Positions 38,501-45,137 of a DNA stretch of 64,000 nt are shown here, piece by piece. The stretch comes from a virus (taxonomy: Duplodnaviria > Caudoviricetes), in the IMG/VR virus record IMGVR_UViG_3300027708_000013; one strand, 5' to 3'. A program made the position numbers and the translations under genes. The notes below the pieces were generated by a model that was not told the origin of the DNA, made no database searches, and was given only the letters and a program-made list of their open reading frames with translations. Numbering within the stretch: the stretch's first letter is position 1; the number at the start of each line of letters is the position of its first letter.

Positions 38501-39489
38501 ATCCTGCCTACTTAGACACCAACATACAAAGTTTTTATCGTGACTCTGCACTCGGCACCCGTGCCGAAGATATCAACGTTGATGGCGGTGGATACTACGA
38601 CACTTATAGCAGTCATGCTCCTGAGGAATTGATACCAGGAGTGACATTTGACAGTTTAAACATGATGGTGTATACACAAACTGGGAATGCCAATGTGGGT
38701 TATCGTGTGGTTCACAACATGTCGGCCAATGCGGCCAGTGTCAGCACACAGTATTGGCCTCAGTACTACGCTATTTTCTCAGCCAATACCACTGCACTGT
38801 CGGCAAATTTAAACATCACTGACAGTAATGTATATGTAACCAGTACCGCTGGATTGGCTACACCGTTGCCACAGTATACACAACCGGGTGTAATTTATGT
38901 CAACGGCGAAAAAATTACTTACTATACAATTGATAGAGTTAACAATGTATTGGGACAGCTACGTCGAGGGGTAGATGGCACCGGAGCACCTGTAGTTCAT
39001 CCAGCAGGAACAGCAGTGGTTGAATCATCTGTAAATCAGCTGATACCAACCAGTACCACACGTGGTGCCAATGTGCATCTTGGCAGTTGGTTAAACTTAA
39101 AAGTATCTGCCAATGTATCAATATTAGATGATAACTTATCCAATGATATAGTGGACAACATTTCCAATAACATAACTTCGTACCCGCAGGATCTACTAGA
39201 ATATCTAACATTGAACACAAATGCCACTGTGACTGTGGGAAATACCATTGCCCAATTGGCAACAGGTGCATCGGGTGTGGTAGCAGCCAACAGCACCGGA
39301 ATCACTGTTACAATATGGGCCGCCAATGCAACTGGAGCTTTCTCGTCCAATATCTTGGCCAACACCTATGTTTACAGAAATGGTGCCAATTTAACTGCCA
39401 AAACTGTGGGTATTTCCTACGACACAGTGGATGGCACAGGATTGGCTGGCAGTAACACAACTCAAGCTGTGTTTATTAGAGGGTATTAA
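26524..39489 (+). CDS. Giant baseplate/structural protein (4321 aa) with FG-GAP beta-propeller repeats
   Basis: N-terminus LPEVFRTDTNRKFL...FDFDKFVNFNQYYW; FG-GAP repeats (FGYSV...VGAPGAG, FGYVV...IGAPGE, LGSSL...VGAPGD); late INEVKPYRTSIRE motif. Follows gp6 as in gp7-type wedge initiators. Confidence 0.75.
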   Translation: MASIKTANFLPEVFRTDTNRKFLGATLDQLVTPPDLRKVNAYVGRKFAPTYQNSNNYQPESSALRQNYQLEPSVVVKNKTGTVEFFSSYIDLINQIGYSGGFVNDHSRLFSSETYSFDGLFDFDKFVNFNQYYWLTDGPTTVEVFGAGVDQTQTFTVTRDAGNGAYRFSGSGLAKNPAVRLARGGTYQFVVNQPGYPFWIQSTIGTSGLKNNQSNLSSRDILGIENNGTDVGTITFRVPQSTAQDYYIYMQYPNNDIGSGTVDTSTDLHYNQIQGATLSQLAALGGLDGVKSQLLGKTFIFTNSDIDDAYWTVDGNTVPKATRRNVWQIQAVDPLAQDPVISLISITTVTKNQKIYVASGQNYAEYSFYLDQQFLTYKQIPNITAPLSTIYYQDGVSAGYAGQFNLVAIDDNTLKVDDDIVGKADYTSPNGVVFTNGLKIQFDASAVPATYANNAYYVEGVGTAIQLLLATNFQTPEPYAANGIGTPDYITINRASQDLNPWTRSNRWFHIDVIKAAASYNNEVPVFDQNVRANRPIIEFEADLQLYNFGRVAKTPVDIFDLTTTDARNTVELSGSFQLNGVSLQNGQRVVFANDFDPTVRNQIFVINISEISQTPVITLSLAEDSETSTYNNLIVLQGANKGTEYWFNGSNWIAGQQKTGVNQTPMFDVYDGNGISLGDVTIYPASTFATATNNLGTVVGGTKIFSYQPGTGVDDQILGFPLSYRTFNQVGDIQFNNNFDTDVFSYTAASATQTENIHSAGTLRKNSGLVASAARNSWAKVTEPSRQYQLISGVYDGVNRYFEIDIRPEARTTIPYFKVFKNFVELTTAQFQTVSAGVKLYVKITDSTLAIDDKIDILIYSKTVSALGYYQVPDNLNFNTENTNFSSLTLGQLRNHLVTLVSNSNQVTGSAFGANNLRDRPIKAQGGNILQNASPVLYSELFLVDPEINFLKGLELARHNYGRIKNKILESAVKLKTIDTNDIPGMLDSILLTINSVKNSSFPWYYSDMVPYGPLKNTITYTVIDAEQIDYEITNIFVDTELSNQSVLVYVNNVQLTKGQDYVFDTTRAGITFKISLAVDDVITINEYSDTDGNYIPETPTKLGLYPKFTPKIYLDETYVDPINVIQGHDGSITPAFNDFRDQLLLEFELRIYNNIKIDATVVSNNIYDTVPGKFRTTDYTNAEFTRLLSRSFLQWVGANRVDFTSNTYFVGDDPFTWNFSRFFDTVNGEALPGTWRAIYQYFYDTVAPNTAPWEMLGFSEQPLWWETRYGVAPYTGGNLVLWGDLEVGYVWNNGDSYTDARFARPGLLSIIPVDENGNLRNPAQFLVKSFNSNQANGSYAVGQQGPVETAWRRSSDYPYAVQEAIALARPGYFFGTLMDVTRYYKDTMLDQYVLSDSLQRITPGAIRINGQSSGTSIRRVAGYINWIAEYLRGQGIEPVDKISGYLDSVTVQLAYKMAGYSDKSFLQVLAEQASPTSTTNSVVIPAENYTLELYKSTPVKTVAYSAVIVEKSENGYTVSGYDTSNPYFTIIPSLANNNAYPVTVLNDTGIVYQDYQKYKITVPYGFEFTNKQQVVDFLISYERYLIGSGFVLADKDPNLETQRDFKLSVQEFLAWSQQGWAVGTVMILSPVLNHLTVNSTSGVVDKIENAPLQSRILDPEFNFIKYNELTVTRTDNVFTLTAVSGRTIALAVLDIVEYEHVVIFDNVTVFNDVIYVPSLGNRQYRLKLIGQKTGSWTGALNPPGFVYNSSTVDVWQPGVDYLLGSLVTYKDVYYTNTQNLTATNTFSPSQWKRLNKNQIQTGLLPNFSYNAGKSLRYNNFNDPELQGDFANFVGNEIGFTPRQYLTNFGIDIPTQAKFYQGFIRQKGTLNSISAFTAAGFNGVSSTINLYEDWAMRVGEYGATNNNRYVELILSEGVFKGEPAVFNFLNNGTTATDNIVSVYPDNIYRSSIGYSPTIFKDRDDASFYENDILTAGYVSVADVDTQIFNIQAYGQLNSQMANVAPGYKIWAAQDNVSSSWAVYRVNETNVLINSVFYNVDYTITATTNRAHGFGRGDYVVIKGFDGRVDGFYQVSSVVDNYNFNLIIDVNSYPVLKSAGTITGLGVVYRLQTVRIKSPTDLNAITPLNQWLDGDKLWVDADQNTPGWLVYNKSSPWTTANASVVTSPLSMQLDANSYISNSGFGTVSTINQAGTFAAASLPNLGMGNVIAFVSNVTNGYNFTMVANLGAPPSNSASLFGASLHSSGNLLYVGNPGNGSTEYGRTHIHKFNATDTGTPTVNTTAVATAILQASVDVEPGKTLFKTTTVGGRPLADVNNSGTVSPLDALAYNQWIGGVNTNPGQISWITGTLHPYILANPATYGAYINDFFTLSQTLSSPFTGNTGDQFGYSVSASDDGTWLYVGAPGAGNVYVYHANTTSYYSLANTIVGNSYVSTGNAVSSRFGYVVSTTSEGDYTAIGAPGESIAGVSSAGAVYTFNRSQESFIASGNTAYYPQYAISANTLLVTVNGNVVTTGYTSNSSAVTFTATPTVGTTITIDTNKIQLVKKLTETVPGSGNQFGTVAHISGNDADVYASSPGYSEVGYHSGVVYRFANYGANYGTVAGTVYDPVVTVGHNLYINGQLVTFGANVGGSLVGNLQSIVANINSANIPGITATAQDYGLLTLTSNVAVPYKKLLITPGTGTALANIGLDVYTNVQSIKHPGSADVNAFGSQLTSSADSNNLIVSANRGQTNNAMTFDQLLTRFDADATSFSDMLQGSGVVYIYGLVEGSLTSTTLDQYVLVQQLQNNAVSSNDQLGSSLALNANILLVGAPGDSNHLTTDSVSQALTSIPNAGTYYTYKNISGNVGWDIIGSEQPQVDISSITRMYLYNNVTDTLLTNFDHIDPAKGKVLGIAEQDLDYITSYDPAIYNAGGGPEAGPLGGASPDFHWGSAQVGKTWWDTSLVRYVDYEQGNLTYRANHWGEMFPGSTVQVCEWVASSVPPDQYTGSGQPLYTEFQSYVEENYVDQATKVVRTRYYFWVKDKTTVPTNSTRRNSVKILQEIIANPTAQSVPYAAVLRNDAVSLYNIGDYLTGAGNTVVFHADTDALINNNIMHNEWQLVQEGNSNSLIPTRIVEKIIDSLAGVDQYGNTIPDATLTPQTRIGLDFTQTVFVDRMTALKNFVEYVNNVMIQYPIVEQRNINNLYSAEAQPADTEYDLAIATRAELDYINTATTLSNYTVLVINNETQNGLWTVHTWTGTAWSTVRTQSYYTPFYWSFADWYDSTYNSSDTVKYLANTYADLATLTASANDTAQVANRGNGEFAVYRYNGSAWDLVGLENGTIQYNSTLYTTDVAANEIRILFETIRDSIFVDTLIGNFNGLFFYLINYVLTEQKSVDWVFKTSFVTVLHQLKKLEQFPAYIQDNQTYYENYINEVKPYRTSIREYLINYQGTDDFTGDITDFDIPATYIANINAYRSPDGSLPSDAYSLATLPQYSQWNNNHSYSINTVTVSNSGANYYTTPTITVTGGGGTGANIQAVLDVASNTIARFDVVDSGSGYTSTPTIQINGSGVNAAGYPKLVSEQFITSVPVQTITTVGNAVIYVGNIVTQPNTGASGVAYSASTGNIITLKDVVGTFVSNQWLFSDSSNLSIRPGVATVSMKLTGNLVAYTGNIINQPGSGAQAEVYYNTTGNVVSLWNYSGTFVGNAYLYRNGSNLNIKPAYYTVSTVTPVGSYTAFEDQSYNKVRTFTTHVKFDRTTYTSNISAWQPNVTVSANSRVSYQGSAYQANSTVYSSATLKLSSNISATVGDYVTQGNNVSANARIVSIASNSLITVANLTGNFLRRTGNIAINGITSVASPVAVTNIFDYGKYSLLSTANLSNASDRITAAYQPGSGMPGLDLAQLMSGIEYPGVQVQGVKFGATTSNIASNILYFYSNTSTLYSSNVAVLDFTTYGLQPTLPISIVNLDTGLRSNVTILNVTTGSMFLVGAMANIALGANISIVYYDYNDPAYLDTNIQSFYRDSALGTRAEDINVDGGGYYDTYSSHAPEELIPGVTFDSLNMMVYTQTGNANVGYRVVHNMSANAASVSTQYWPQYYAIFSANTTALSANLNITDSNVYVTSTAGLATPLPQYTQPGVIYVNGEKITYYTIDRVNNVLGQLRRGVDGTGAPVVHPAGTAVVESSVNQLIPTSTTRGANVHLGSWLNLKVSANVSILDDNLSNDIVDNISNNITSYPQDLLEYLTLNTNATVTVGNTIAQLATGASGVVAANSTGITVTIWAANATGAFSSNILANTYVYRNGANLTAKTVGISYDTVDGTGLAGSNTTQAVFIRGY

Positions 39490-39493
39490 TGCA

Positions 39494-39500
39494 ATAAATA
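39494..39500 (+). promoter_or_regulatory. Late promoter box ATAAATA
   Basis: Intergenic, 23 nt before ATG 39524. Confidence 0.65.
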
Positions 39501-39523
39501 TAACAATAGAGAAATGAAATAAT

Positions 39524-40570
39524 ATGGCAACAATAACCATCACCGCACTACCACTAAGCACCACAATGACAGATGCCACATATCTGCCGGTGGACAACGC
39601 TGCTGTAACCCAAAAAATCACTGGGTTATCGCTAAAAACCTACATGACCACCTTGCCAAACTTGACGGTTGCCGGCACCATTGGTGGAACTTTGACCACT
39701 GCTACACAACCCAATATTGCTACATTGGGTGTATTGACTGGGGTCAGCACCACAGGGCAAATAGTCAGCACCCTTGCCACTGGAACAGCTCCACTGGCCG
39801 TTGCCAGTACGACCCTTGTAGCAAATTTGTACACAGCCAGAAGTGCCCTAGCAGATGCAACCACCAATGGTGTCACTGTCACAACTGCATTGAATACACG
39901 ATCCGGCAGCGACATGTCGCTCACTGGCAACATTGGTAATATTACTGCTGTATTAAACACCGTAAACAGTTACCCCGGTACTTGGGGAGGAACTGCCAGT
40001 GGAATATATCAAATTCCAAATTTAACAGTAAACGCCAAAGGACTAATAACCTATGCTGGCAATACTGCATTAAATTTAACTGCATCAGCAGTTACTAATT
40101 TAGCAGGCACCGCCAATCAAATCACAGTCACCGGCGGCAATGTTGGGGCATTGACTCTAAGTATACCCAGTCAACTGAATGTTACTAATATTTCTGCTGC
40201 TAACGTAGCGTCTACAACTGTGTACGACAACAGCAATCGTGTATTAACGTCGGTCACTGTGACAGCAGGTACAGGCATGAGTGGTGGCGGAACTGTTGCC
40301 GGACCAACTGGTTCAGTAACTTTAAATAATTCTGGAATACTTAGTGTTACCAGTGGCGGAGGGCTAAGTGTTGCCACAGTGTCGGGTGCGGTTACAATAA
40401 CCAACACAGGTGTAACCGGAGTCAACGGCGGGTCGGGAGTTGCTGTTAGTGCCGCAACAGGTGCTGTGACAATTTCTCTTGCCAGCGGCTACAACGGTTA
40501 TGGGGCACGAGTCATAAGTTCGGGAACACCGTCGGGCGGTAGTGATGGTGATATCTGGTACAGGATTTAA
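39524..40570 (+). CDS. Tail fibre-like protein (Thr/Gly/Val-rich beta repeats)
   Basis: ITALP...YLPVD N-terminus, GTAPLAVASTTLVANL, repeated GVTSV-like units and C-terminal GGSDGDIWYRI. Confidence 0.65.
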   Translation: MATITITALPLSTTMTDATYLPVDNAAVTQKITGLSLKTYMTTLPNLTVAGTIGGTLTTATQPNIATLGVLTGVSTTGQIVSTLATGTAPLAVASTTLVANLYTARSALADATTNGVTVTTALNTRSGSDMSLTGNIGNITAVLNTVNSYPGTWGGTASGIYQIPNLTVNAKGLITYAGNTALNLTASAVTNLAGTANQITVTGGNVGALTLSIPSQLNVTNISAANVASTTVYDNSNRVLTSVTVTAGTGMSGGGTVAGPTGSVTLNNSGILSVTSGGGLSVATVSGAVTITNTGVTGVNGGSGVAVSAATGAVTISLASGYNGYGARVISSGTPSGGSDGDIWYRI

Positions 40571-40573
40571 TCA

Positions 40574-41254
40574 ATGCCACAAGTCTATGTGCGTAATTCT
40601 GGTGTCTGGACAGAACCTAAAGAGATTTTTGTTCGTGCCAATGGCGGATGGAATACAGTTCGCGAGGTTTACGTGAATTCCAATGGCAATTGGCTACTTA
40701 CTTATCCTGTTCACGGCAGTCAATTTCTTAACTCAGGTTCGGGTACATTTACTGTTCCGTCAGGAATATATAGCCTAACAGTGTCCTATCCCACTGCTGG
40801 TGGAATCGTATCACAAGGTTTCTCAGTGACACCGGGTGATGCCTTTGCTTACAACATAGCTGACTTTGGCAGCGCCAGTACATTTGGTGGTATAACAGCT
40901 CCGGTGTTTGACACACAGGTTTATTCTCGCAGTGGTAATGTCGATGCTGTGTTGGTAATAACCACCAGTTGTGCCGGAGCCCAGAGTTTTCAAATAAATG
41001 CCGAAAGCAATCATGGCACACTGGGCAAAAATCTATCATTAACTCCAGTTCTATTGGAGGTATGCCAAGGAGATTTACAGGTGTATAACAGCTACTACAG
41101 CGGTAGAGGCACCATCAGTGGTGGCGGGACTCCTTATCTCAGTGGAGACAGTTATTATTTTCAAGTCTCCATTGGAGATCCGCAAAACAGTGAAGGTTAT
41201 CACGTAGACCGTTGGAATTTGAGACAACGTGTGCCATTTACAGTTTCGTGGTGA
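40574..41254 (+). CDS. Putative fibre-tip/adhesin protein
   Basis: Trp-spaced N-terminus VYVRNSGVW...GGWNTVREVYV...GNWLLTYP, then SGTFTVPSGIYSL. Confidence 0.55.
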   Translation: MPQVYVRNSGVWTEPKEIFVRANGGWNTVREVYVNSNGNWLLTYPVHGSQFLNSGSGTFTVPSGIYSLTVSYPTAGGIVSQGFSVTPGDAFAYNIADFGSASTFGGITAPVFDTQVYSRSGNVDAVLVITTSCAGAQSFQINAESNHGTLGKNLSLTPVLLEVCQGDLQVYNSYYSGRGTISGGGTPYLSGDSYYFQVSIGDPQNSEGYHVDRWNLRQRVPFTVSW

Positions 41255-41263
41255 TAAAACACA

Positions 41264-41270
41264 ATAAATA
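41264..41270 (+). promoter_or_regulatory. Late promoter box ATAAATA
   Basis: 22 nt upstream of ATG 41293; argues against the track's upstream start at 41212. Confidence 0.6.
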
Positions 41271-41292
41271 TATAGATATAATTAGGTACCTT

Positions 41293-41985
41293 ATGACACA
41301 CACTACTCAACAACCCAAAACTACACAGCCAGAACGTCAACCCGACGATGTAGGCGGAATATATGTTCGTGGACATATCAAAATTTCTGATCCAGAAACC
41401 AAAGAAGTTTTGGTGGATAAATCAAATGCCATACACTACGAAAACATCAGTCAAGCCATTGCCTACTGTTTGTCCAATAAAAATGGAACAAACGGTAATT
41501 TCATCTATGAAATGCGATTTGGCAACGGTGGATCCAGTATAGATCCAACCGGAGTTATTACTTATTTGCCACCCAACACCACTACTCAAAACAGTAACTT
41601 GTACAATCCCACTTATAGTAAAATTGTTGATGACACAACCAGTGCCAATCTAGACCCCACAAGAAACTACATACAAATTCGTCATGTGCCCGGCACAGTT
41701 TACACTGATATATTGGTGAGTTGCTTGCTAGACTACGGTGAGCCTGCTGGCCAAAGTGCATTTGACAACAGTCAAACCCTGGCAGATACATACACATTTG
41801 ATGAATTGGGCCTTGTAGGCAGAGATCCCGCTGGAACAACAGATGTATCGGGCAGTGGAACATTTACATCTGATGCTGGACCCTTGTTGACGCATGTGAT
41901 TTTCCATCCAGTACAAAAAGCATTGAACAGATTGATTCAAGTTGATTACACAGTGAGAATCCAAACTTTAACTAATTTAAGCTAG
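41293..41985 (+). CDS. Conserved virion protein (tail-collar/fibre-attachment-like)
   Basis: GHIKISDP...NAIHYEN, MRFGNGG, CLLDYGEP, YTFDELGL, LTHVIFHPVQKALNR. Confidence 0.55.
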   Translation: MTHTTQQPKTTQPERQPDDVGGIYVRGHIKISDPETKEVLVDKSNAIHYENISQAIAYCLSNKNGTNGNFIYEMRFGNGGSSIDPTGVITYLPPNTTTQNSNLYNPTYSKIVDDTTSANLDPTRNYIQIRHVPGTVYTDILVSCLLDYGEPAGQSAFDNSQTLADTYTFDELGLVGRDPAGTTDVSGSGTFTSDAGPLLTHVIFHPVQKALNRLIQVDYTVRIQTLTNLS

Positions 41986-41993
41986 GATAAAAC

Positions 41994-43154
41994 ATGAGCT
42001 ATACTATTACCCAAACAGATGGAACAATAATATTACAGTTACCCGACGGCACAGCCGACGGACCTGATGTCAACCCCGGATTAAATAAAACTGACATCAA
42101 TTTGATTGGTAAAAATTATGCCACATACGGTTTGATACAAAATGAAAATTTTATAAAATTATTACAAAATTTTGCCTATGATACTCCACCGTTAAATCCT
42201 TTGACAGGAGAAATATGGTACGATACATCCACTAGTTTCTTAAAGGTATATTCGGGCAACACATGGACAGCAGTGAGTCCACTAACTGTGTCAGACACAC
42301 AACCCACTTCAACAGTCATTGGTGCTGAATGGTGGGACACGGTAAATTATCAACTTAAAATGTTCAACGGCAGCACTTGGACTACAATTGGTCCTGGTTA
42401 CAGTCAAGTGGATGGCGTTTCTGGTGCCATTGTTGATCACATAATAGATACCGGCAATATCAGTCACACTGTGATTAAAATGTATATCAATGGTGTGATA
42501 ACCAGTATTATTAGCAACGATGCAGCTTTTACTCCACTGTCAGCCTTGACAGGATTTGCTACAATACAAACAGGTATCAACATGAGCACTGCCCTTTCAG
42601 GCATTTTCATTGGTACAGCCACTAACAGTCAAAACTTGGGCAACATTGTTGCTACCAACTATGCAAGAACTGACATCACTTCCTCCTTTGCGGCCAACAT
42701 ATCAATCGGTGGCGGAAACTTTACATTTAAATCAGCCCCGGGCGGTGCAGCTTCCATCGGCAATCCTGTACTAGGTGCCAATATCACTTTATACAACAAT
42801 GTTAGTGGAATTACTACACCAACTGTAACGATTGATGGTGCAACTGGGTTAGTAACAGTGGCAGGAGATCCCATCTCTAACACAGGTGTTGCAACAAAAA
42901 ATTATGTTGACACCAGCATAGTCACAGCAACTACTCCATTGGCACCCATAGCCAGTGCAACACTAACAGGTACTCCCAACTCGACTACACCTGTAGCTAC
43001 AGACAACACCACTAGAATTGCAACAACAGCATTTACACAAGCGGCCATTGCGGCCAGTACACAGGCACTGTGGCAAGGCAGTCATCAATTTGTCAGCACA
43101 GTGACTCCCACTGTATTAGATGGTAGTGTGGGAGATTTTTGGTTTCAAATCTAA
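41994..43154 (+). CDS. Tail fibre/baseplate-attached protein, paralog A
   Basis: LIGKNY..YG...NENFIKLLQNFAY..PP.NP.TGEIWYDT repeats, IATTAF, C-terminal GSVGDFWFQI. Confidence 0.65.
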   Translation: MSYTITQTDGTIILQLPDGTADGPDVNPGLNKTDINLIGKNYATYGLIQNENFIKLLQNFAYDTPPLNPLTGEIWYDTSTSFLKVYSGNTWTAVSPLTVSDTQPTSTVIGAEWWDTVNYQLKMFNGSTWTTIGPGYSQVDGVSGAIVDHIIDTGNISHTVIKMYINGVITSIISNDAAFTPLSALTGFATIQTGINMSTALSGIFIGTATNSQNLGNIVATNYARTDITSSFAANISIGGGNFTFKSAPGGAASIGNPVLGANITLYNNVSGITTPTVTIDGATGLVTVAGDPISNTGVATKNYVDTSIVTATTPLAPIASATLTGTPNSTTPVATDNTTRIATTAFTQAAIAASTQALWQGSHQFVSTVTPTVLDGSVGDFWFQI

Positions 43155-43157
43155 ACT

Positions 43158-45113
43158 ATGACCTATCTACCATACGGCCTAACTAGAATCAAACAAGGTT
43201 CCGCATGGAAACCCATAAAGAGTCTTTGGTATAAAAACTCTGCGGGTACTTGGATCGCAGTAAAAACAGCGTGGACTAAACGCTCGGATGGAGTGTGGGA
43301 AAGAGTTTATCCCACACCGGCCGGTGTCAATACTGCCACCCCCACATCATTCACAGTTGAAGTATATCAGAACTGGCGTCCGGCTTTTCAAACTATAAAT
43401 TTTACAAATATTGGCGATAGGGCTTTAACTATTGCCAATGTAATTGCCTACGATGGTGTAAAAACCATAACCACAGTGAACCTGTCAGGCATGAATAGTG
43501 GTGTACCCTACACCATAGATACAGGTGGCACTGGATCTGTTGTTGCTAATGTTTATGGCAAAGCCGTGGGCACCAGCACAGGCAACATTACCTTTGTCAA
43601 TGACACTGGATACTTTGGCTCAGACGGTAATGTTGCCTATTGGCCTGGCAATCAAACAGTGATACCCATTACCACCACAGTGCTGGCCGGCTACAGCGAC
43701 ATCACAACAGTGCCTGGACCAGCTAATAACGGATACACTTACTATCAAGGAACCACCAGTTCGGACACATTGACCATTACCAATTCTGGCACTGGTGCCA
43801 ATCTTGTGGTGTCCGGCATCACTTCTGGCACTTATACACAAGTTGCTAATTTTGTTGGCAACATTGGTGCCAATTTTACTACATTCTCTGGCAATTCCGT
43901 CAGCAGAGCTATCACACTGGCCAATTTGAAAGCCGGCACATATCAAGATCAATTTGTTGTTAATAGTAATGCACGTAGCAAAAACACATACACAGTTCCA
44001 GTGACACTCAACGTATTGGCTGCTCATGGCAGTGAAAATTTTACTACAGTTGGCACCTACACTTGGACTGTACCTGCGGGAGTACTAAGCATCAATGTTA
44101 CAGCCCTGGGCGGCGGTGGCGGTGGTGGAGGTAATGACGCTAGTCCCGGGCATGCTGGCTTTACTGGACATTTAATCTCTGGGCCACTTAATGTGGTACC
44201 CGGGGATACCTTAACATTTTACATTGGTGGTGGTGGCTCGGGTGGATACTCCAGCAATCAATCTCCTGTAGGCAGTGGGCCCGGCGGATGGGGCAATGGT
44301 ACATACGATGGCGGGCGAGGCGGTAATGCCGGCTCAGGTGGAGTATCGGGCGGTGGTGGTGGCGGAGGTGGCGCCACAGTTATATTAAAAAATGGATCAC
44401 CTATGGCAGTAGCCGGTGGTGGTGGTGGTGGTGGTGGCGGTGGCTGGCACAGTGCCGGACGAGGAAGATCGGGCTACAGTTCCAGTGGCAGTACTGCTGG
44501 TGGTGCAGGACAAGACTATCCCGGTGACGGTGGAGGCGGAGGCGGAGGTGGAGGCGGATCAAACGGTGGGTCCGGTGGCGGACTGGTAGGCGGAGACAAC
44601 GGTGCTTATTCGGGCAGTGACGGTGCTGATATAGTATTAGGTGGATGGAGTCAGTCAGGTCAAAGTGGTGACAGCGGATGGTATGCTACAGGACAAGAAG
44701 CTGGTGTTTGGAATAGTTTTATATCTACTTATGGCATTTGGATCGGCGGACCATACGATGTCGCTACAGTGAGTTACAGTACCACTTTAAACTTCCCGAC
44801 CTCGGGCAACTATACATTTAATATAAGTATTGATAATGCTGGTTTTATTAGCATTGATGGCACGGAGGTATTAGACAACCCCTCTAGTTGGGGAGGAGTA
44901 GATAGTGCTTCAGTTTATGTTTCTGCTGGATCTCACACTATAACTGTAACTGGTACAAACTACGGCGGACCAGCAGCAATATCAGCACAAATCGTAAACC
45001 CAAGCGGATCAGAATTATGGAATACTTTGGCGGCATTGAACACCGGCACTAATTACAACGGAGGCCCAACAGCTGCCTCGGGTGGTAATGGTTATGTGTC
45101 GTTCTCGTGGTAA
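43158..45113 (+). CDS. Glycine-rich adhesin/receptor-binding protein (651 aa)
   Basis: Trp-spaced N-terminus, two Ig-like segments (TINFTNIG..LTI, TLTITNSG...LVVSGI), many polyglycine runs, PA14-like C-terminus (YTFNISIDNAGFISIDG). Confidence 0.7.
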   Translation: MTYLPYGLTRIKQGSAWKPIKSLWYKNSAGTWIAVKTAWTKRSDGVWERVYPTPAGVNTATPTSFTVEVYQNWRPAFQTINFTNIGDRALTIANVIAYDGVKTITTVNLSGMNSGVPYTIDTGGTGSVVANVYGKAVGTSTGNITFVNDTGYFGSDGNVAYWPGNQTVIPITTTVLAGYSDITTVPGPANNGYTYYQGTTSSDTLTITNSGTGANLVVSGITSGTYTQVANFVGNIGANFTTFSGNSVSRAITLANLKAGTYQDQFVVNSNARSKNTYTVPVTLNVLAAHGSENFTTVGTYTWTVPAGVLSINVTALGGGGGGGGNDASPGHAGFTGHLISGPLNVVPGDTLTFYIGGGGSGGYSSNQSPVGSGPGGWGNGTYDGGRGGNAGSGGVSGGGGGGGGATVILKNGSPMAVAGGGGGGGGGGWHSAGRGRSGYSSSGSTAGGAGQDYPGDGGGGGGGGGGSNGGSGGGLVGGDNGAYSGSDGADIVLGGWSQSGQSGDSGWYATGQEAGVWNSFISTYGIWIGGPYDVATVSYSTTLNFPTSGNYTFNISIDNAGFISIDGTEVLDNPSSWGGVDSASVYVSAGSHTITVTGTNYGGPAAISAQIVNPSGSELWNTLAALNTGTNYNGGPTAASGGNGYVSFSW

Positions 45114-45116
45114 ATA
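45110..45116 (+). promoter_or_regulatory. Late promoter-like box GTAAATA
   Basis: Overlaps the upstream stop codon, 21 nt before ATG 45138. Confidence 0.45.
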
Positions 45117-45137
45117 ACATTAATATGGAAATTTTCT

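Noticed and set aside
41212-41292. Upstream start of the 257-aa ORF
   Set aside because: It overlaps the previous gene and spans a late promoter box; ATG 41293 is more plausible.
44100-44600. GGT/GGC microsatellite or contingency locus
   Set aside because: The runs are in-frame mixed Gly codons, explained by the polyglycine adhesin.
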